A program made the translations under genes and the position numbers. A stretch of 64,000 bases of DNA, taken from contig CAWEFA010000124.1 in NCBI GenBank assembly GCA_963808135.1, forward strand, positions 62,101-126,100, written 5' to 3'. Under the pieces are notes generated by a model. That model had not been told where the DNA came from. It made no database searches and saw only the letters and a list, made by a program, of their open reading frames with translations. Positions 30,494 through 39,558 of this stretch are shown in pieces (the stretch's first letter is position 1; each line of letters starts with the position of its first letter). This stretch comes from an uncultured Bacteroidota bacterium (GTDB lineage: Bacteria; Bacteroidota; Bacteroidia; Bacteroidales; DTGW01).

Positions 30494-30698
30494 ATTAAAT
30501 TTTATTGGATATTAATATATTTTTATCTTAATTTATGTTAATCTTCAAGTAATTAGAAATGAGAATTATAACGTATAACGCTTAGGATCAATTAATAAAA
30601 TAAAAAAGGACTAAATGAACTTTTACAGTAGCAGAAGATATTTTTTATGAATTTAGCATTAAGAGATTTAGCCTGTTTTTAAAATCCTAATCAAAATT

Positions 30699-31340
30699 TC
30701 ACTGTTTAAAGCGGGCAATCATTAACCCATCCCGAACAGGAACAATTACATTTTCAACACGGTCATCCTGCTTTATTATGTTGTTGAATTCCCGAATAGC
30801 TAAAGTAGCCGGATCATTAAAAAAATTATTTTCAACAACTTTCCCATCCCATAAAATATTATCAGCAATTAAATATCCGCCAGGGTTTATAAATTCAGCG
30901 CATGTTTTATAATATTCGGGATATTCCTTTTTTTCACCGTCAATGTATATTAGGTCGAACTTTAAATTTAAAGCCGGAACTATAGCTGTTGCATTGCCAA
31001 CATGAACGTTTATCTGCTTTTCAAGTTTAGCTTCTTTAAAATAACTTTTTGCTACATCAATTAATTCATCGTTAATTTCAACAGTGTGAAGCACGCCTCC
31101 CGATGCAAGGCCTTTTGCCAGGCAAATAGTCGAATATCCGGTATAGGTGCCAATTTCCAATACCAGGTTAGGCTTTAACATTTTTGAAATAAAGGTCAGA
31201 AATAAACCCTGGATATGCCCTGAAACCATTCGCGGATTGAGCATCCGGATGTTAGTTTCCCTGTATATTTTTTTCAGTAACGGGTCTTCAGAAGTTGAAT
31301 GATTCTCAATATATTGTTCTAACTCGTGAGATATTTTCAT
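30699..31340 (-). CDS. Class I SAM-dependent O-methyltransferase (family 3, caffeoyl-CoA OMT/YrrM-like)
   Basis: 213 aa. SAM motif LEIGTYTGYS and DLIYIDGEK. Confidence 0.8.
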   Translation of the reverse strand: MKISHELEQYIENHSTSEDPLLKKIYRETNIRMLNPRMVSGHIQGLFLTFISKMLKPNLVLEIGTYTGYSTICLAKGLASGGVLHTVEINDELIDVAKSYFKEAKLEKQINVHVGNATAIVPALNLKFDLIYIDGEKKEYPEYYKTCAEFINPGGYLIADNILWDGKVVENNFFNDPATLAIREFNNIIKQDDRVENVIVPVRDGLMIARFKQ

Positions 31341-31347
31341 TATCAGA

Positions 31348-32568
31348 TTATTTATAAATTATAACCGATAGCCTGTTGCGGTCAAAAATTTCATTTGCAA
31401 CATCCAACAATTCCAATGCTGAAATTTTTTCTATCTGATTGCATATTTCTTCAAGACTGTCAACTTTTCCATAAACCAGGTAGCTTTTGCCCATACTTAT
31501 CATTATATTTTCATTATTTTCAGAAGCGATTGATAATTGACCGATAAGTTGTTTTTTTGCTTTTGACAATTGTATGTCGCCTAATTTTTTATTTCGTAAT
31601 AAATCCAATTCTTTATACACCAGCTTAATGCTTTTGTCTAATTTTTCTTTATCAGTGCCGAAATAAACCCCAAAAACACCGGTATCTAAATAAGGGTTGT
31701 AATTCGATTCGATATTATAAGTATAACCGCTGCGCTCCCTCAGCGAAAGGTTGAGCCGCGAATTCATACCGGGTCCGCCCAAAATATTGTTAAGCAAATG
31801 AAGGTTTATTCTCTTCATATCAACAAAGCTATAGGCTATTGTGCCTATTATGCAATGAGCCTGAAAAGTTTTTTTTATAACTTCCCTGGAATCAGATGAA
31901 TATTTTGCTTCCAGTTTTCTGCTTCTCTGTCTGAAGTTCTTTTCAATGGGACTGAAATATTTGTTGAAAATTTTTATCAGTTTTGATTTTTCTATATCGC
32001 CAACAACGGATAAAACCATTTGATCGGTATTATAATTTCTCGCGATAAATTTCAGCAGGTCGTCCCGCTTAAACTTTTTGAGGTTTCCAGGTTTACCAAG
32101 AATATTTCGTCCCAAAGGGTCTTTAGGAAAAAGAATCATCTCGAAATCGTCGAATATTTCTTCAGAAGGATTATCCTTATAAGAATTAATCTCGTCGATA
32201 ATAATTTCCTTTTCTTTTTCCAGTTCTTTATCGGGAAACAAGGAATGAAAAGTTATGTCGCTAATAAGTTTAAGCGCCCTTTCAATGTCTTCCTTCATGA
32301 ACGATGCATGGATACAGGTTTCTTCTTTGGTAGTGTAGGCGTTAAGTTCGCCTCCCACATCTTCCAAACGGGAATTTATGTGATAGGCTTTGCGCTTTTT
32401 TGTTCCCTTGAAAAGAACATGCTCGATAAAATGCGCCAGGCCATGTTCCTTTTTTGTCTCATCCCTCGAACCGGCATTAATAAAAAAACCGACATGGGCA
32501 ATCGGCGACGATACCGGTTTATGTATAAGCCTTATTCCATTTTTAAGCGTATATGTATAATATTCCAT
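31348..32568 (-). CDS. M16 (pitrilysin/insulinase) family zinc peptidase
   Basis: 406 aa with the inverted zinc motif HFIEH. Confidence 0.85.
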   Translation of the reverse strand: MEYYTYTLKNGIRLIHKPVSSPIAHVGFFINAGSRDETKKEHGLAHFIEHVLFKGTKKRKAYHINSRLEDVGGELNAYTTKEETCIHASFMKEDIERALKLISDITFHSLFPDKELEKEKEIIIDEINSYKDNPSEEIFDDFEMILFPKDPLGRNILGKPGNLKKFKRDDLLKFIARNYNTDQMVLSVVGDIEKSKLIKIFNKYFSPIEKNFRQRSRKLEAKYSSDSREVIKKTFQAHCIIGTIAYSFVDMKRINLHLLNNILGGPGMNSRLNLSLRERSGYTYNIESNYNPYLDTGVFGVYFGTDKEKLDKSIKLVYKELDLLRNKKLGDIQLSKAKKQLIGQLSIASENNENIMISMGKSYLVYGKVDSLEEICNQIEKISALELLDVANEIFDRNRLSVIIYK

Positions 32569-32587
32569 TAATTTTTAATGAATTTTA

Positions 32588-32595
32588 CAAATGTA
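32588..32595 (-). promoter_or_regulatory. Candidate -7 box TACATTTG for the M16/OMT operon
   Basis: TAnnTTTG match 20 nt upstream of the ATG at 32568. Confidence 0.35.
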
Positions 32596-32884
32596 TAAAA
32601 ACGCAACAGGTATTCCTTTGAAATTTTTATTACACAAAAGTATTTTTAAACTTACACAAACCTTGCTTTAAAATGAAAAATAAAATGTTTTGTTATAAAG
32701 CTTATAAAATTTATCTTAAGTTATTACTTCATAAAGAGAGAAAAATTCATTGATTTATTGACAGACTCATTTATACAAACTTTTGCTGAAATATATAAGT
32801 TGAAGAACAAGACAATGCACTTCTTTTTAACAAAATATTTTGTACAAAAAATTTTTTGGTTAGATTTGCACGCAAATTTAAAAA

Positions 32885-32957
<73 letters not shown>

Positions 32958-32965
32958 CTTAATTG

Positions 32966-33027
32966 AACACAGGGACACAGAAACACAGGGTTTATATTTT
33001 CAATATTTTCTCTGTGTCTCTGTGTTT
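32966..33027. terminator. Long ACACAG/CTGTGT hairpin between tRNA-Phe and the fibre gene
   Basis: AACACAGGGACACAGAA (32966-32982) pairs with CTCTGTGTCTCTGTGTT (33010-33026), 15 of 17 positions. Confidence 0.55.
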
Positions 33028-33034
33028 AGTCGTT

Positions 33035-36000
33035 TTATTTATTATTTAAGCCCTCAAGTTTCTTATTAATTTCTTCAATTTGTTTTTTCAAATCCAAAAC
33101 TTCGTTTTGTAAGGTAGTATCTTCCTTTTGTAATGCAGCATTTTCATTTTTATAATCTTCAATCATTTTTTGCTGCTCCTGCATGGCTTTGGTAAGCACT
33201 GCCGTAATTTGGCCATACGACAAAGTCATTTCGCCTTCTTTGCCATAAACCAGTTCGGGTAAAATTAACTTAACTTCCTGTGCCAGAAAACCAATATCCT
33301 TGTATCCCGAACCTTTCATTTTGTAAGTAACAGGCCTTAATTCCAGCACTTCTTTAAGGCCATATTCAATAGGCTGGATATTATATTTCTTGGTGCTATC
33401 CGAGGCATTTGTCCAAACTCGGGCGAATGTTAACATAGCCCCATTCCCATTGCTTGTTGTTGTGCCTACTGTAATAGCCGCCCCACCCGGTTGAGCGCCG
33501 AAGCCCCAACCAACCACGCTTGAGTTTCCGAAAACCATAGTGTTACTGGCTCCTACAAGTGCTTGATAGCCTATGGCAACTGCATTGGTTAAATTTCCTG
33601 AAGTAACATCTGCATTATATCCGATAGCAGTATTGTAAGTGCCTGTTGTGTTGGAATATAGCGCTTGATAACCATTGGCTGTATTAGCAGTACCTGTTGT
33701 GTTGATATTAAGCGCGTTAAAACCATTTGCTGTATTCTCGTAACCTGTTGTGTTATTAGCAAGCGCAGCATAACCATTTGCTGTATTATAGTAACCTGTT
33801 GTGTTGTAATAAAGCGCTTTAAAACCAATGGCTGTATTAGCGTTACCACCTGTATTAGTAAAAAGTGCATCAACACCATTGGCTACATTTAAGTAACCTG
33901 TTGTGTTATTTAAAAGCGCATCAGTACCATTTGCTGTATTATTGTAACCTGTTGTGTTGTAATAAAGCGCATTAGTACCACATGTTGTATTTTGGTAACC
34001 TGTTGTATTGGATTTAAGCGCTGAATTACCAATTGCTACATTTGTTGAAATAGCGCCACCTCCCAAACCAACTGTAAGACCATTAATTACGGCATCGCTG
34101 GTAGTTGTTAAAGTTGTAAATGTAGCTGCCGCAGACGTTGTGCCGCCTATAACAGTATTGTTTATAGTACCACCGAGAATGGTTGGGGTATTAATAGCCG
34201 GCGAAGTAAGGGTTTTATTTGTAAAGGTTTCAGCTCCCGCCAACGTAGCCAAAACGCCTGTTGTTGGTAAGGTAATATTGGTTGCAGCGGTTGAGGTAAG
34301 GGTCGTACTGTAAGCCCCGGCAGTTATAAAGGATGAATTATTTGCCAAAGTTAATGTTGCAGCAGTGGCCGGGGGTGTTAATGTAATATTGTTTAAAGTT
34401 TTTAGAAGCGCTAATGCACCTCCAATTGTTATAACAGATGTACCTGCCGAACTGCCCAAAGTAATATTGGTAGTTGAACCTGCCGCTCCCGAAGTACCTA
34501 TATTAATAGCTTTTGTATTGCCGCTTGCAGTAACGCCGTTCCCGAGGTTAATGGTTTGTGCTGCGGTAGAAGTATTAAAAAGGTTAACCGTTGCCCCGGT
34601 ACTGATAACATCGGTTGTTGTAATGCTGGTTGCCGATGCAACACCCAAAATTGGGGTAACCAGCATAGGACTGGTAGCAAATACCAGGCTTCCGGTTCCG
34701 GTTGTCCCTGTAGCTCCATTCAGGTAATTCAGTTGTGCGCCAGTGGTTGTTACGGAAGTTGAGCCAATTGTAAACGGAGAAGGTATGGTTACCATGCCGG
34801 TAAATATTGGAGAAGCAACTGGGGCAAATGTAGTGCTTGTAAACGCGTTTGCGCCCAGCGGCCCTCCGCTGCCAATATTCAATATAGCGCCATCATTGCC
34901 ACTCAGCACAACCGAATTGGCAATGGTAAGCGTTTTACTTGTTGTGCCCCCCGCAATGGTAAAACCTGTAGTCTGAGACGTCGGGGTTAGCCCGTTGATG
35001 GTTTTATTGGTCAGGTTCTCTGCACCTGCCAATGTAGCCAAAGTGCCAACTGTGGGAAGCGTTACATTGGTAGTATTGGTTGCGGTAAGTGTGGTTGCAT
35101 AAGCGCCCGAAGTAGCAAAATTGCCTCCAAGCGTTATTGTATTGCCCGAATTGTTTACGCCTGTACCGCCAAATTGGCTTGCAATAACAGCTCCGTTCCA
35201 TATACCTGAAGCAATAATGCCGGTTGATAATGTTCCGTTTATTGTTAATGAAGAAGCGCCTGTAGTACTGCCTAAAGTAATATTTGTTGTTGAACCCGAA
35301 GCCCCCGAAGTGCCAATTCTGATATTTTTTGCCGACCCGCTTACGGTAACACCGTTTCCAATATTGATGTTTTGTGCCGAAGTAGCAGTATTAAAAAGGT
35401 TAACCGTTGCCCCGGTATTGATAACATCGGTTGTTGTAATGCTGGTGGCTAATGCAACACCTAAAGTTGGGGTAACCAGCGTGGGACTGGTAGCATACAC
35501 TAAACTTCCTGTGCCGGTTGTCCCAGTAGCGCCATTCAGGTAATTCAGTTGTGCGCCTGTGGTTGTTACAGGAGTTGAACCTATTGTAAATGGGGAAGGC
35601 ATGGTTACTGTACCGGTAAATGTTGGAGATGCAATCGGGGCAAATGCAGTGCTTGTAAACGCGTTTGTTCCCAGTGTGCCTCCAATGCCTATGTTCAATG
35701 TTGAACCGTCAGTACCGGAAAATGTCAGCGTGTTCGAAGCTGTAAGGGTTTTGCCGGCCCCTAAAGTTAAAGTTCCTGTGCCAGATGTTATGGTGTTTCC
35801 ATTGATGCTGGTTGCTGTGGCTGCACCTATATTTGGGGTAACCAGCGTGGGACTGGAAGCAAATACCAGATTTCCTATGCCGGTTGTCCCGGTTGCGCCG
35901 TTCAGGTAATTCAGTTGTGCGCCTGTGGTTGTTACGGAAGTTGACCCTATTGTAAACGGGGAAGGCATGATTACTGTGCCGGTAAATGTTGGAGATGCAA

Positions 36001-38101
36001 TTGGGGCAAATGCAGTACTTGTATAAGCGTTTGTTCCCAATGTTCCTCCGCTGCCTATGTTCAATGTTGAACCGTCAGTGCCGGTGAATGTCAGAGTATT
36101 CGAGGCTGTCAGGGTTTTGCCTGCCCCTAAAGTTAAAGTGCCCGTGCCTGATGTTATGGTGTTGCCATTGATGCTAGTTGCTGTAGCTGCTCCTAAAACC
36201 GGGGTTACCAAAGTAGGGCTTGTATTAAATACGGCCAAACCGGCGCCAGTTTCATCGGATAGTACACCGGCCAGTTGAGCAGATGTAGTAGATGCAAATT
36301 GGCTTAAATTGCCTGTTGTGGCCAAAGTACCTGATGTCGGCAAAGTAATATTGGTGGCAGCAGTCGAGGTTAGGGTTGTACTGTATGCCCCGGAAGTTAT
36401 AAAGGATGAATTATCTGCCAAAGTTAAGGTAGCAGTAGTTGCCGGTGATGTGAGCGTAAGTTTGTTTATAGGGCCCGAAGTTGATAACGTTCCGTTTATA
36501 ACTACATAAGATGAACCTGCTGAACTGCCTAAAATAATATTGGTTGTTGAACCTGCCGCCCCCAGAGTGCCAATATTAATGGATTTTAATAAGCCGCTTG
36601 CTGTAAATCCGTTTCCAATGTTAATGGTTTGTGCAGTAGTAGCGGTATTAAAAAGATTAACCGTTGCCCCGGTATTGATAACATCGGTAGTTGTAATGCT
36701 GGTGGCTGTGGCAACACCCAAAGTTGGGGTAACCAGCGTGGGACTGTTGGCAAATACTATGCTTCCAGCGCCTGTCTTTCCGGCAGCGCCATTCAGGTAA
36801 TTTAGTTGTGCGCCTGTGGTTGTAACGGAAGTTGAGCCTAACGTAAACGGAGAAGGTATAGTTACTGTTCCGGTAAATGTTGGAGATGCAATTGGAGCAT
36901 AGGCGGTTCCCGTAAACGCATTAGCGCCCAGTGTGCCTCCATTGCCTATGTTCAATGTTGAACCGTCACTGCCGGAAAATGTAAGTGTATTCGAGGCTGT
37001 CAGGGTTTTACCGGCCCCTAATGCTAAAGTTCCTGTTCCTGTTGTTATGGTGTTGCCATTGATACTGGCGGCTGTGAGGGCTGCTCCGTTTATATTACCC
37101 GTGGTAACTATATTCTGTGAGCCAAAGTCGGAAGATACCTTTGTACCGGCAATAGCAGCTGTACCGTTAATATCGGCATCGACAATTGAACCGTCGGCAA
37201 TTTTTGCCGATGTTACGGAATTGTCGGCAAGGGTAACAACGCCGGTATTGCTTATGGTTGCATTACCGCTCATGGTAACGGCTGTGGCAACGCCTGAAGC
37301 ATTGCCCACAATTATGTTGCCGCTTGCAAGCAAATTTGATAAAGCATCCGTAATTCCATATCCTGAAATGGTAGCAGGTTTACCGGTTAAGCTTGCCCAG
37401 GAACCATCAAACAAAGTGGGCAGGTTTGCTAAGTCGTTATAACTGCCGCTTGTAGCCACGGTTGCAAAAGCAGGTTTACCTGTCAGGCTTGCCCATGTTC
37501 CGTTGAAAGCATCGGTAATTCCATATCCTGCAATGGTTGTGGGTTTCCCTGTAATACTGTCCCAATTATCAACCATTATTGCAGGTTTATCTTTCAAATC
37601 ATTGTAGCTGCCGGTTGTAGCAACAGTTGCAAAAGAAGGCTTTCCCGATATGCTGTCCCAATTGTCAACCGTTATTGCAGGTTTATCGCTTAAATCGTTA
37701 TAGCTGCCGCTTGTGGCTACTTTTGCAAGATTTGGCTTGCCGGTTAAATCAAAATAAGCCCCGCTAAAGTTGCTTTTTGCATCCCATTTTGCGGTATCGT
37801 TTGATGTAATACCTTTTGCAATAGAAGCGTTAAATACTGGATCGGTTTCGGTTTTTAAATATTTTGAAGTATCGGATAAATTGGGTTTGTTTTTCAGATC
37901 GGTATAGTTGCCGCTGAAATTGCTTTTGGCGTTCCAGTTGGCGGTATCGCTCTGCTTAATCCCTTTTGCGAGAGAAGCATTAAAAGCTGGTTCAGTTTCG
38001 GTTTTTAAATATTTTGAAGTATCGGATAAATTGGGTTTGTTTTTCAGATCGCTATAATTGCCGCTGAAATTGCTTTTGGCGTTCCAATTGGCGGTATCAC
38101 T
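33035..38101 (-). CDS. Fibre protein resembling a phage tail fibre, main part. The frame is open from the TAG at 38102-38104 and the first ATG is at 37597.
   Basis: The 1520-aa track ORF plus 168 upstream in-frame codons with no stop (checked codon by codon). Contains GYGITDA motifs, repeated APIASPTFTGTVTxPSPF modules, NTxxGxxAL head-like repeats and a C-terminal S74-type chaperone domain. Confidence 0.8.
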   Translation of the reverse strand, partial: SDTANWNAKSNFSGNYSDLKNKPNLSDTSKYLKTETEPAFNASLAKGIKQSDTANWNAKSNFSGNYTDLKNKPNLSDTSKYLKTETDPVFNASIAKGITSNDTAKWDAKSNFSGAYFDLTGKPNLAKVATSGSYNDLSDKPAITVDNWDSISGKPSFATVATTGSYNDLKDKPAIMVDNWDSITGKPTTIAGYGITDAFNGTWASLTGKPAFATVATSGSYNDLANLPTLFDGSWASLTGKPATISGYGITDALSNLLASGNIIVGNASGVATAVTMSGNATISNTGVVTLADNSVTSAKIADGSIVDADINGTAAIAGTKVSSDFGSQNIVTTGNINGAALTAASINGNTITTGTGTLALGAGKTLTASNTLTFSGSDGSTLNIGNGGTLGANAFTGTAYAPIASPTFTGTVTIPSPFTLGSTSVTTTGAQLNYLNGAAGKTGAGSIVFANSPTLVTPTLGVATATSITTTDVINTGATVNLFNTATTAQTINIGNGFTASGLLKSINIGTLGAAGSTTNIILGSSAGSSYVVINGTLSTSGPINKLTLTSPATTATLTLADNSSFITSGAYSTTLTSTAATNITLPTSGTLATTGNLSQFASTTSAQLAGVLSDETGAGLAVFNTSPTLVTPVLGAATATSINGNTITSGTGTLTLGAGKTLTASNTLTFTGTDGSTLNIGSGGTLGTNAYTSTAFAPIASPTFTGTVIMPSPFTIGSTSVTTTGAQLNYLNGATGTTGIGNLVFASSPTLVTPNIGAATATSINGNTITSGTGTLTLGAGKTLTASNTLTFSGTDGSTLNIGIGGTLGTNAFTSTAFAPIASPTFTGTVTMPSPFTIGSTPVTTTGAQLNYLNGATGTTGTGSLVYATSPTLVTPTLGVALATSITTTDVINTGATVNLFNTATSAQNINIGNGVTVSGSAKNIRIGTSGASGSTTNITLGSTTGASSLTINGTLSTGIIASGIWNGAVIASQFGGTGVNNSGNTITLGGNFATSGAYATTLTATNTTNVTLPTVGTLATLAGAENLTNKTINGLTPTSQTTGFTIAGGTTSKTLTIANSVVLSGNDGAILNIGSGGPLGANAFTSTTFAPVASPIFTGMVTIPSPFTIGSTSVTTTGAQLNYLNGATGTTGTGSLVFATSPMLVTPILGVASATSITTTDVISTGATVNLFNTSTAAQTINLGNGVTASGNTKAINIGTSGAAGSTTNITLGSSAGTSVITIGGALALLKTLNNITLTPPATAATLTLANNSSFITAGAYSTTLTSTAATNITLPTTGVLATLAGAETFTNKTLTSPAINTPTILGGTINNTVIGGTTSAAATFTTLTTTSDAVINGLTVGLGGGAISTNVAIGNSALKSNTTGYQNTTCGTNALYYNTTGYNNTANGTDALLNNTTGYLNVANGVDALFTNTGGNANTAIGFKALYYNTTGYYNTANGYAALANNTTGYENTANGFNALNINTTGTANTANGYQALYSNTTGTYNTAIGYNADVTSGNLTNAVAIGYQALVGASNTMVFGNSSVVGWGFGAQPGGAAITVGTTTSNGNGAMLTFARVWTNASDSTKKYNIQPIEYGLKEVLELRPVTYKMKGSGYKDIGFLAQEVKLILPELVYGKEGEMTLSYGQITAVLTKAMQEQQKMIEDYKNENAALQKEDTTLQNEVLDLKKQIEEINKKLEGLNNK
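33038..33403 (-). other. Predicted intramolecular chaperone auto-processing (peptidase S74-like) domain plus terminal coiled coil
   Basis: ...WTNA|SDSTKKYNIQPIEYGLKEVLELRPVTYKMK...GFLAQEV.... Ser then Lys at +5 matches the Ser/Lys dyad spacing of tail-spike chaperone domains. The Ser codon is at 33401-33403. Confidence 0.65.
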
Positions 38102-38368
38102 CTATTTAATGCCTTTCGCAAGAGAAGCATTAAAAGCAGGTTCAGTTTCGGTTTTTAAATATTTTGAAGTGTCAGATAAATTGGGTTTGTTTTTCAAATC
38201 AGCGTAATTGCCGCTAAAGTTGCTTTTGGCGTCCCAATTGGCGGTATCGCTCTTTTTAATCCCTTTTGCAATAGAAGAATTAAAAGCAGGTTCGGTTTCA
38301 ATTTTTAAATAATTAACCGTATCCGATAAATCGGGTTTGTTGGTTAAATCAGCATAATTGCCACTAAA
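37720..38368 (-). repeat. Tandem 150-bp (50-aa) coding repeats, 4 full units plus 1 partial
   Basis: GTTTTTAAAT recurs at 37851, 38001 and 38151, and ATTTTTAAAT at 38301. The unit is FSGNYADLxNKPxLSDTxxYLKTETEPAFNxSxAKGIKxSDTANWxAKSN. Confidence 0.85.
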
Positions 38369-38797
38369 ACCGTTTTCGGCTGTTTTAGCATATAAGGCAT
38401 AAGGCACGCTTAACAATTGGCTTACTCCGGTAATAGTGTAGTTTGTGCCACCGGTAGGGTCGGTTTCTGTTTTGAGGAAATATGGCCCTTCAGCCCAGTT
38501 AATTGCCGTAAAAGCGCCGCTAACGGATATGCCCACGCCAATTTCAACGGTTAACAATCCGTTGCTATTGGTTTGTGGGTTAGGGTTGTAAATTTCCTCG
38601 TACACCAATGTTCCATTAACATCGCCTTGCAAAATACTAATACGCATGCCCACGCTAGTGTTGGCTACCAATTTACCGATGCTGTTGCGTATCACAGCCT
38701 GATAACTCAAACCCTGCGGTACCTGAGCACCTGCCTTTGGCAGGAATATACTTGCAGTTAAAATTACTGCTGCCAATAATGTAAATATTCTCTTCAT
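38102..38797 (-). CDS. N-terminal part of the fibre protein (signal peptide plus head domain), ended by an in-frame TAG
   Basis: 231 aa. MKRIFTLLAAVILTASIFLPKAGAQ signal and ...QLLSVPYALYA domain. Same frame as 33035-38101. Confidence 0.8.
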   Translation of the reverse strand: MKRIFTLLAAVILTASIFLPKAGAQVPQGLSYQAVIRNSIGKLVANTSVGMRISILQGDVNGTLVYEEIYNPNPQTNSNGLLTVEIGVGISVSGAFTAINWAEGPYFLKTETDPTGGTNYTITGVSQLLSVPYALYAKTAENGFSGNYADLTNKPDLSDTVNYLKIETEPAFNSSIAKGIKKSDTANWDAKSNFSGNYADLKNKPNLSDTSKYLKTETEPAFNASLAKGIK

Positions 38798-38803
38798 AGT
38801 ATT

Positions 38804-39292
38804 TTAGTTTTTAATAATTTTAAATGTTTTAATTTCTTTGTCGCCTTCTGTAACTTTCAGAAAATAAGTTGCAGGCATAAGATTGCCCATTGGGATGGTT
38901 GTCTCATTGTCGCCAACTTTTTTGGCCAGGATAAGTTTTCCGTTGATGTTGTATAAAGACGCAATATATTTCGTTTCTACGGTGCCTTCGATTTTAAGTG
39001 TCAAAAAATCGGTTGCCGGATTTGGATAAACAGAGAAGAAAAGATTTATATCTTTGGCTACTTCAATTCCTGTTACAACCGAAATTTCATAAGGTTGTTG
39101 TACTCCCTGAGCTGCCGAACCGTTGGTTCCTGTATTGGTAGTGTAAACAACCTGCCCAACGGAATAGCTGGCCGAGCCTCCGTTACCTGTGGCATTACCG
39201 CCCGAAGCGGGTATGGCTTCCTGTGCTTGTAGCCTTGTCAATCCAAGTCCTAACAAGAGTACGGCACATAGTTTTATTTTTTTGTGACGCAT
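38804..39292 (-). CDS. Small secreted protein with a T9SS C-terminal sorting domain
   Basis: 162 aa. Signal peptide, GGNATGNGGSASYSVGQVVY...GVQQPYEI module and the CTD ...FSVYPNPATDFLTLKIEG...ATYFLKV.... Confidence 0.8.
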   Translation of the reverse strand: MRHKKIKLCAVLLLGLGLTRLQAQEAIPASGGNATGNGGSASYSVGQVVYTTNTGTNGSAAQGVQQPYEISVVTGIEVAKDINLFFSVYPNPATDFLTLKIEGTVETKYIASLYNINGKLILAKKVGDNETTIPMGNLMPATYFLKVTEGDKEIKTFKIIKN

Positions 39293-39505
39293 ATGTAATT
39301 TTCTTTATAATTTAAACTTTATAATAATTTCATTTAATGGCAAGTAATCTCTATTCTAAATTTAAATCCAATGCAGCTTTTTAGCTTAATTTTCACGGTT
39401 TAAAAGTAATATTTTTTTTCAATTTGTGTTAAAAAAGTTAAAATTATAACTTATGCCTATTAAATATAGCACAAGTCAAAGACTTGCGATTAAGAAGCCA
39501 ATAAT

Positions 39506-39539
39506 AAAAAACCCCGCTTATATTTTAGCGGGGTTTTTT
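39506..39539 (-). terminator. Intrinsic terminator after the PKD adhesin gene
   Basis: AAAAAACCCCGCT / AGCGGGGTTTTTT. Confidence 0.85.
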
Positions 39540-39558
39540 ATTGATACACACCATAAAT

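Noticed and set aside
33589-37442. Many 60-170-aa ORFs on the + strand inside the fibre gene (for example 36933-37442 and 35121-35543)
   Set aside because: They are antisense to a strongly supported 5.8-kb coding frame. Their Val/Pro/Ala-rich sequences are what the reverse complement of Thr/Gly/Ala/Asn-rich repeats produces, and no independent signals support them.
38102-38104. Genome-wide reassignment of TAG to a sense codon
   Set aside because: All other long ORFs, totalling well over 15,000 codons, contain no in-frame TAG. A reassigned codon would be expected to appear repeatedly. It is kept only as a locus-specific readthrough hypothesis.
37720-38368. Regular 150-bp repeats (and 282-bp repeats at 46030-47155) as possible CRISPR-like arrays
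   Set aside because: The units are contiguous with no unique spacers and lie in frame within coding sequence. No cas genes are present.
33035-39292. Prophage or prophage remnant, because of the tail-fibre-like gene next to a tRNA
   Set aside because: There are no integrase, capsid, terminase, portal, tail-tube or baseplate genes. The protein has a Sec signal peptide and a T9SS-associated neighbour, which fits a cellular surface structure better.
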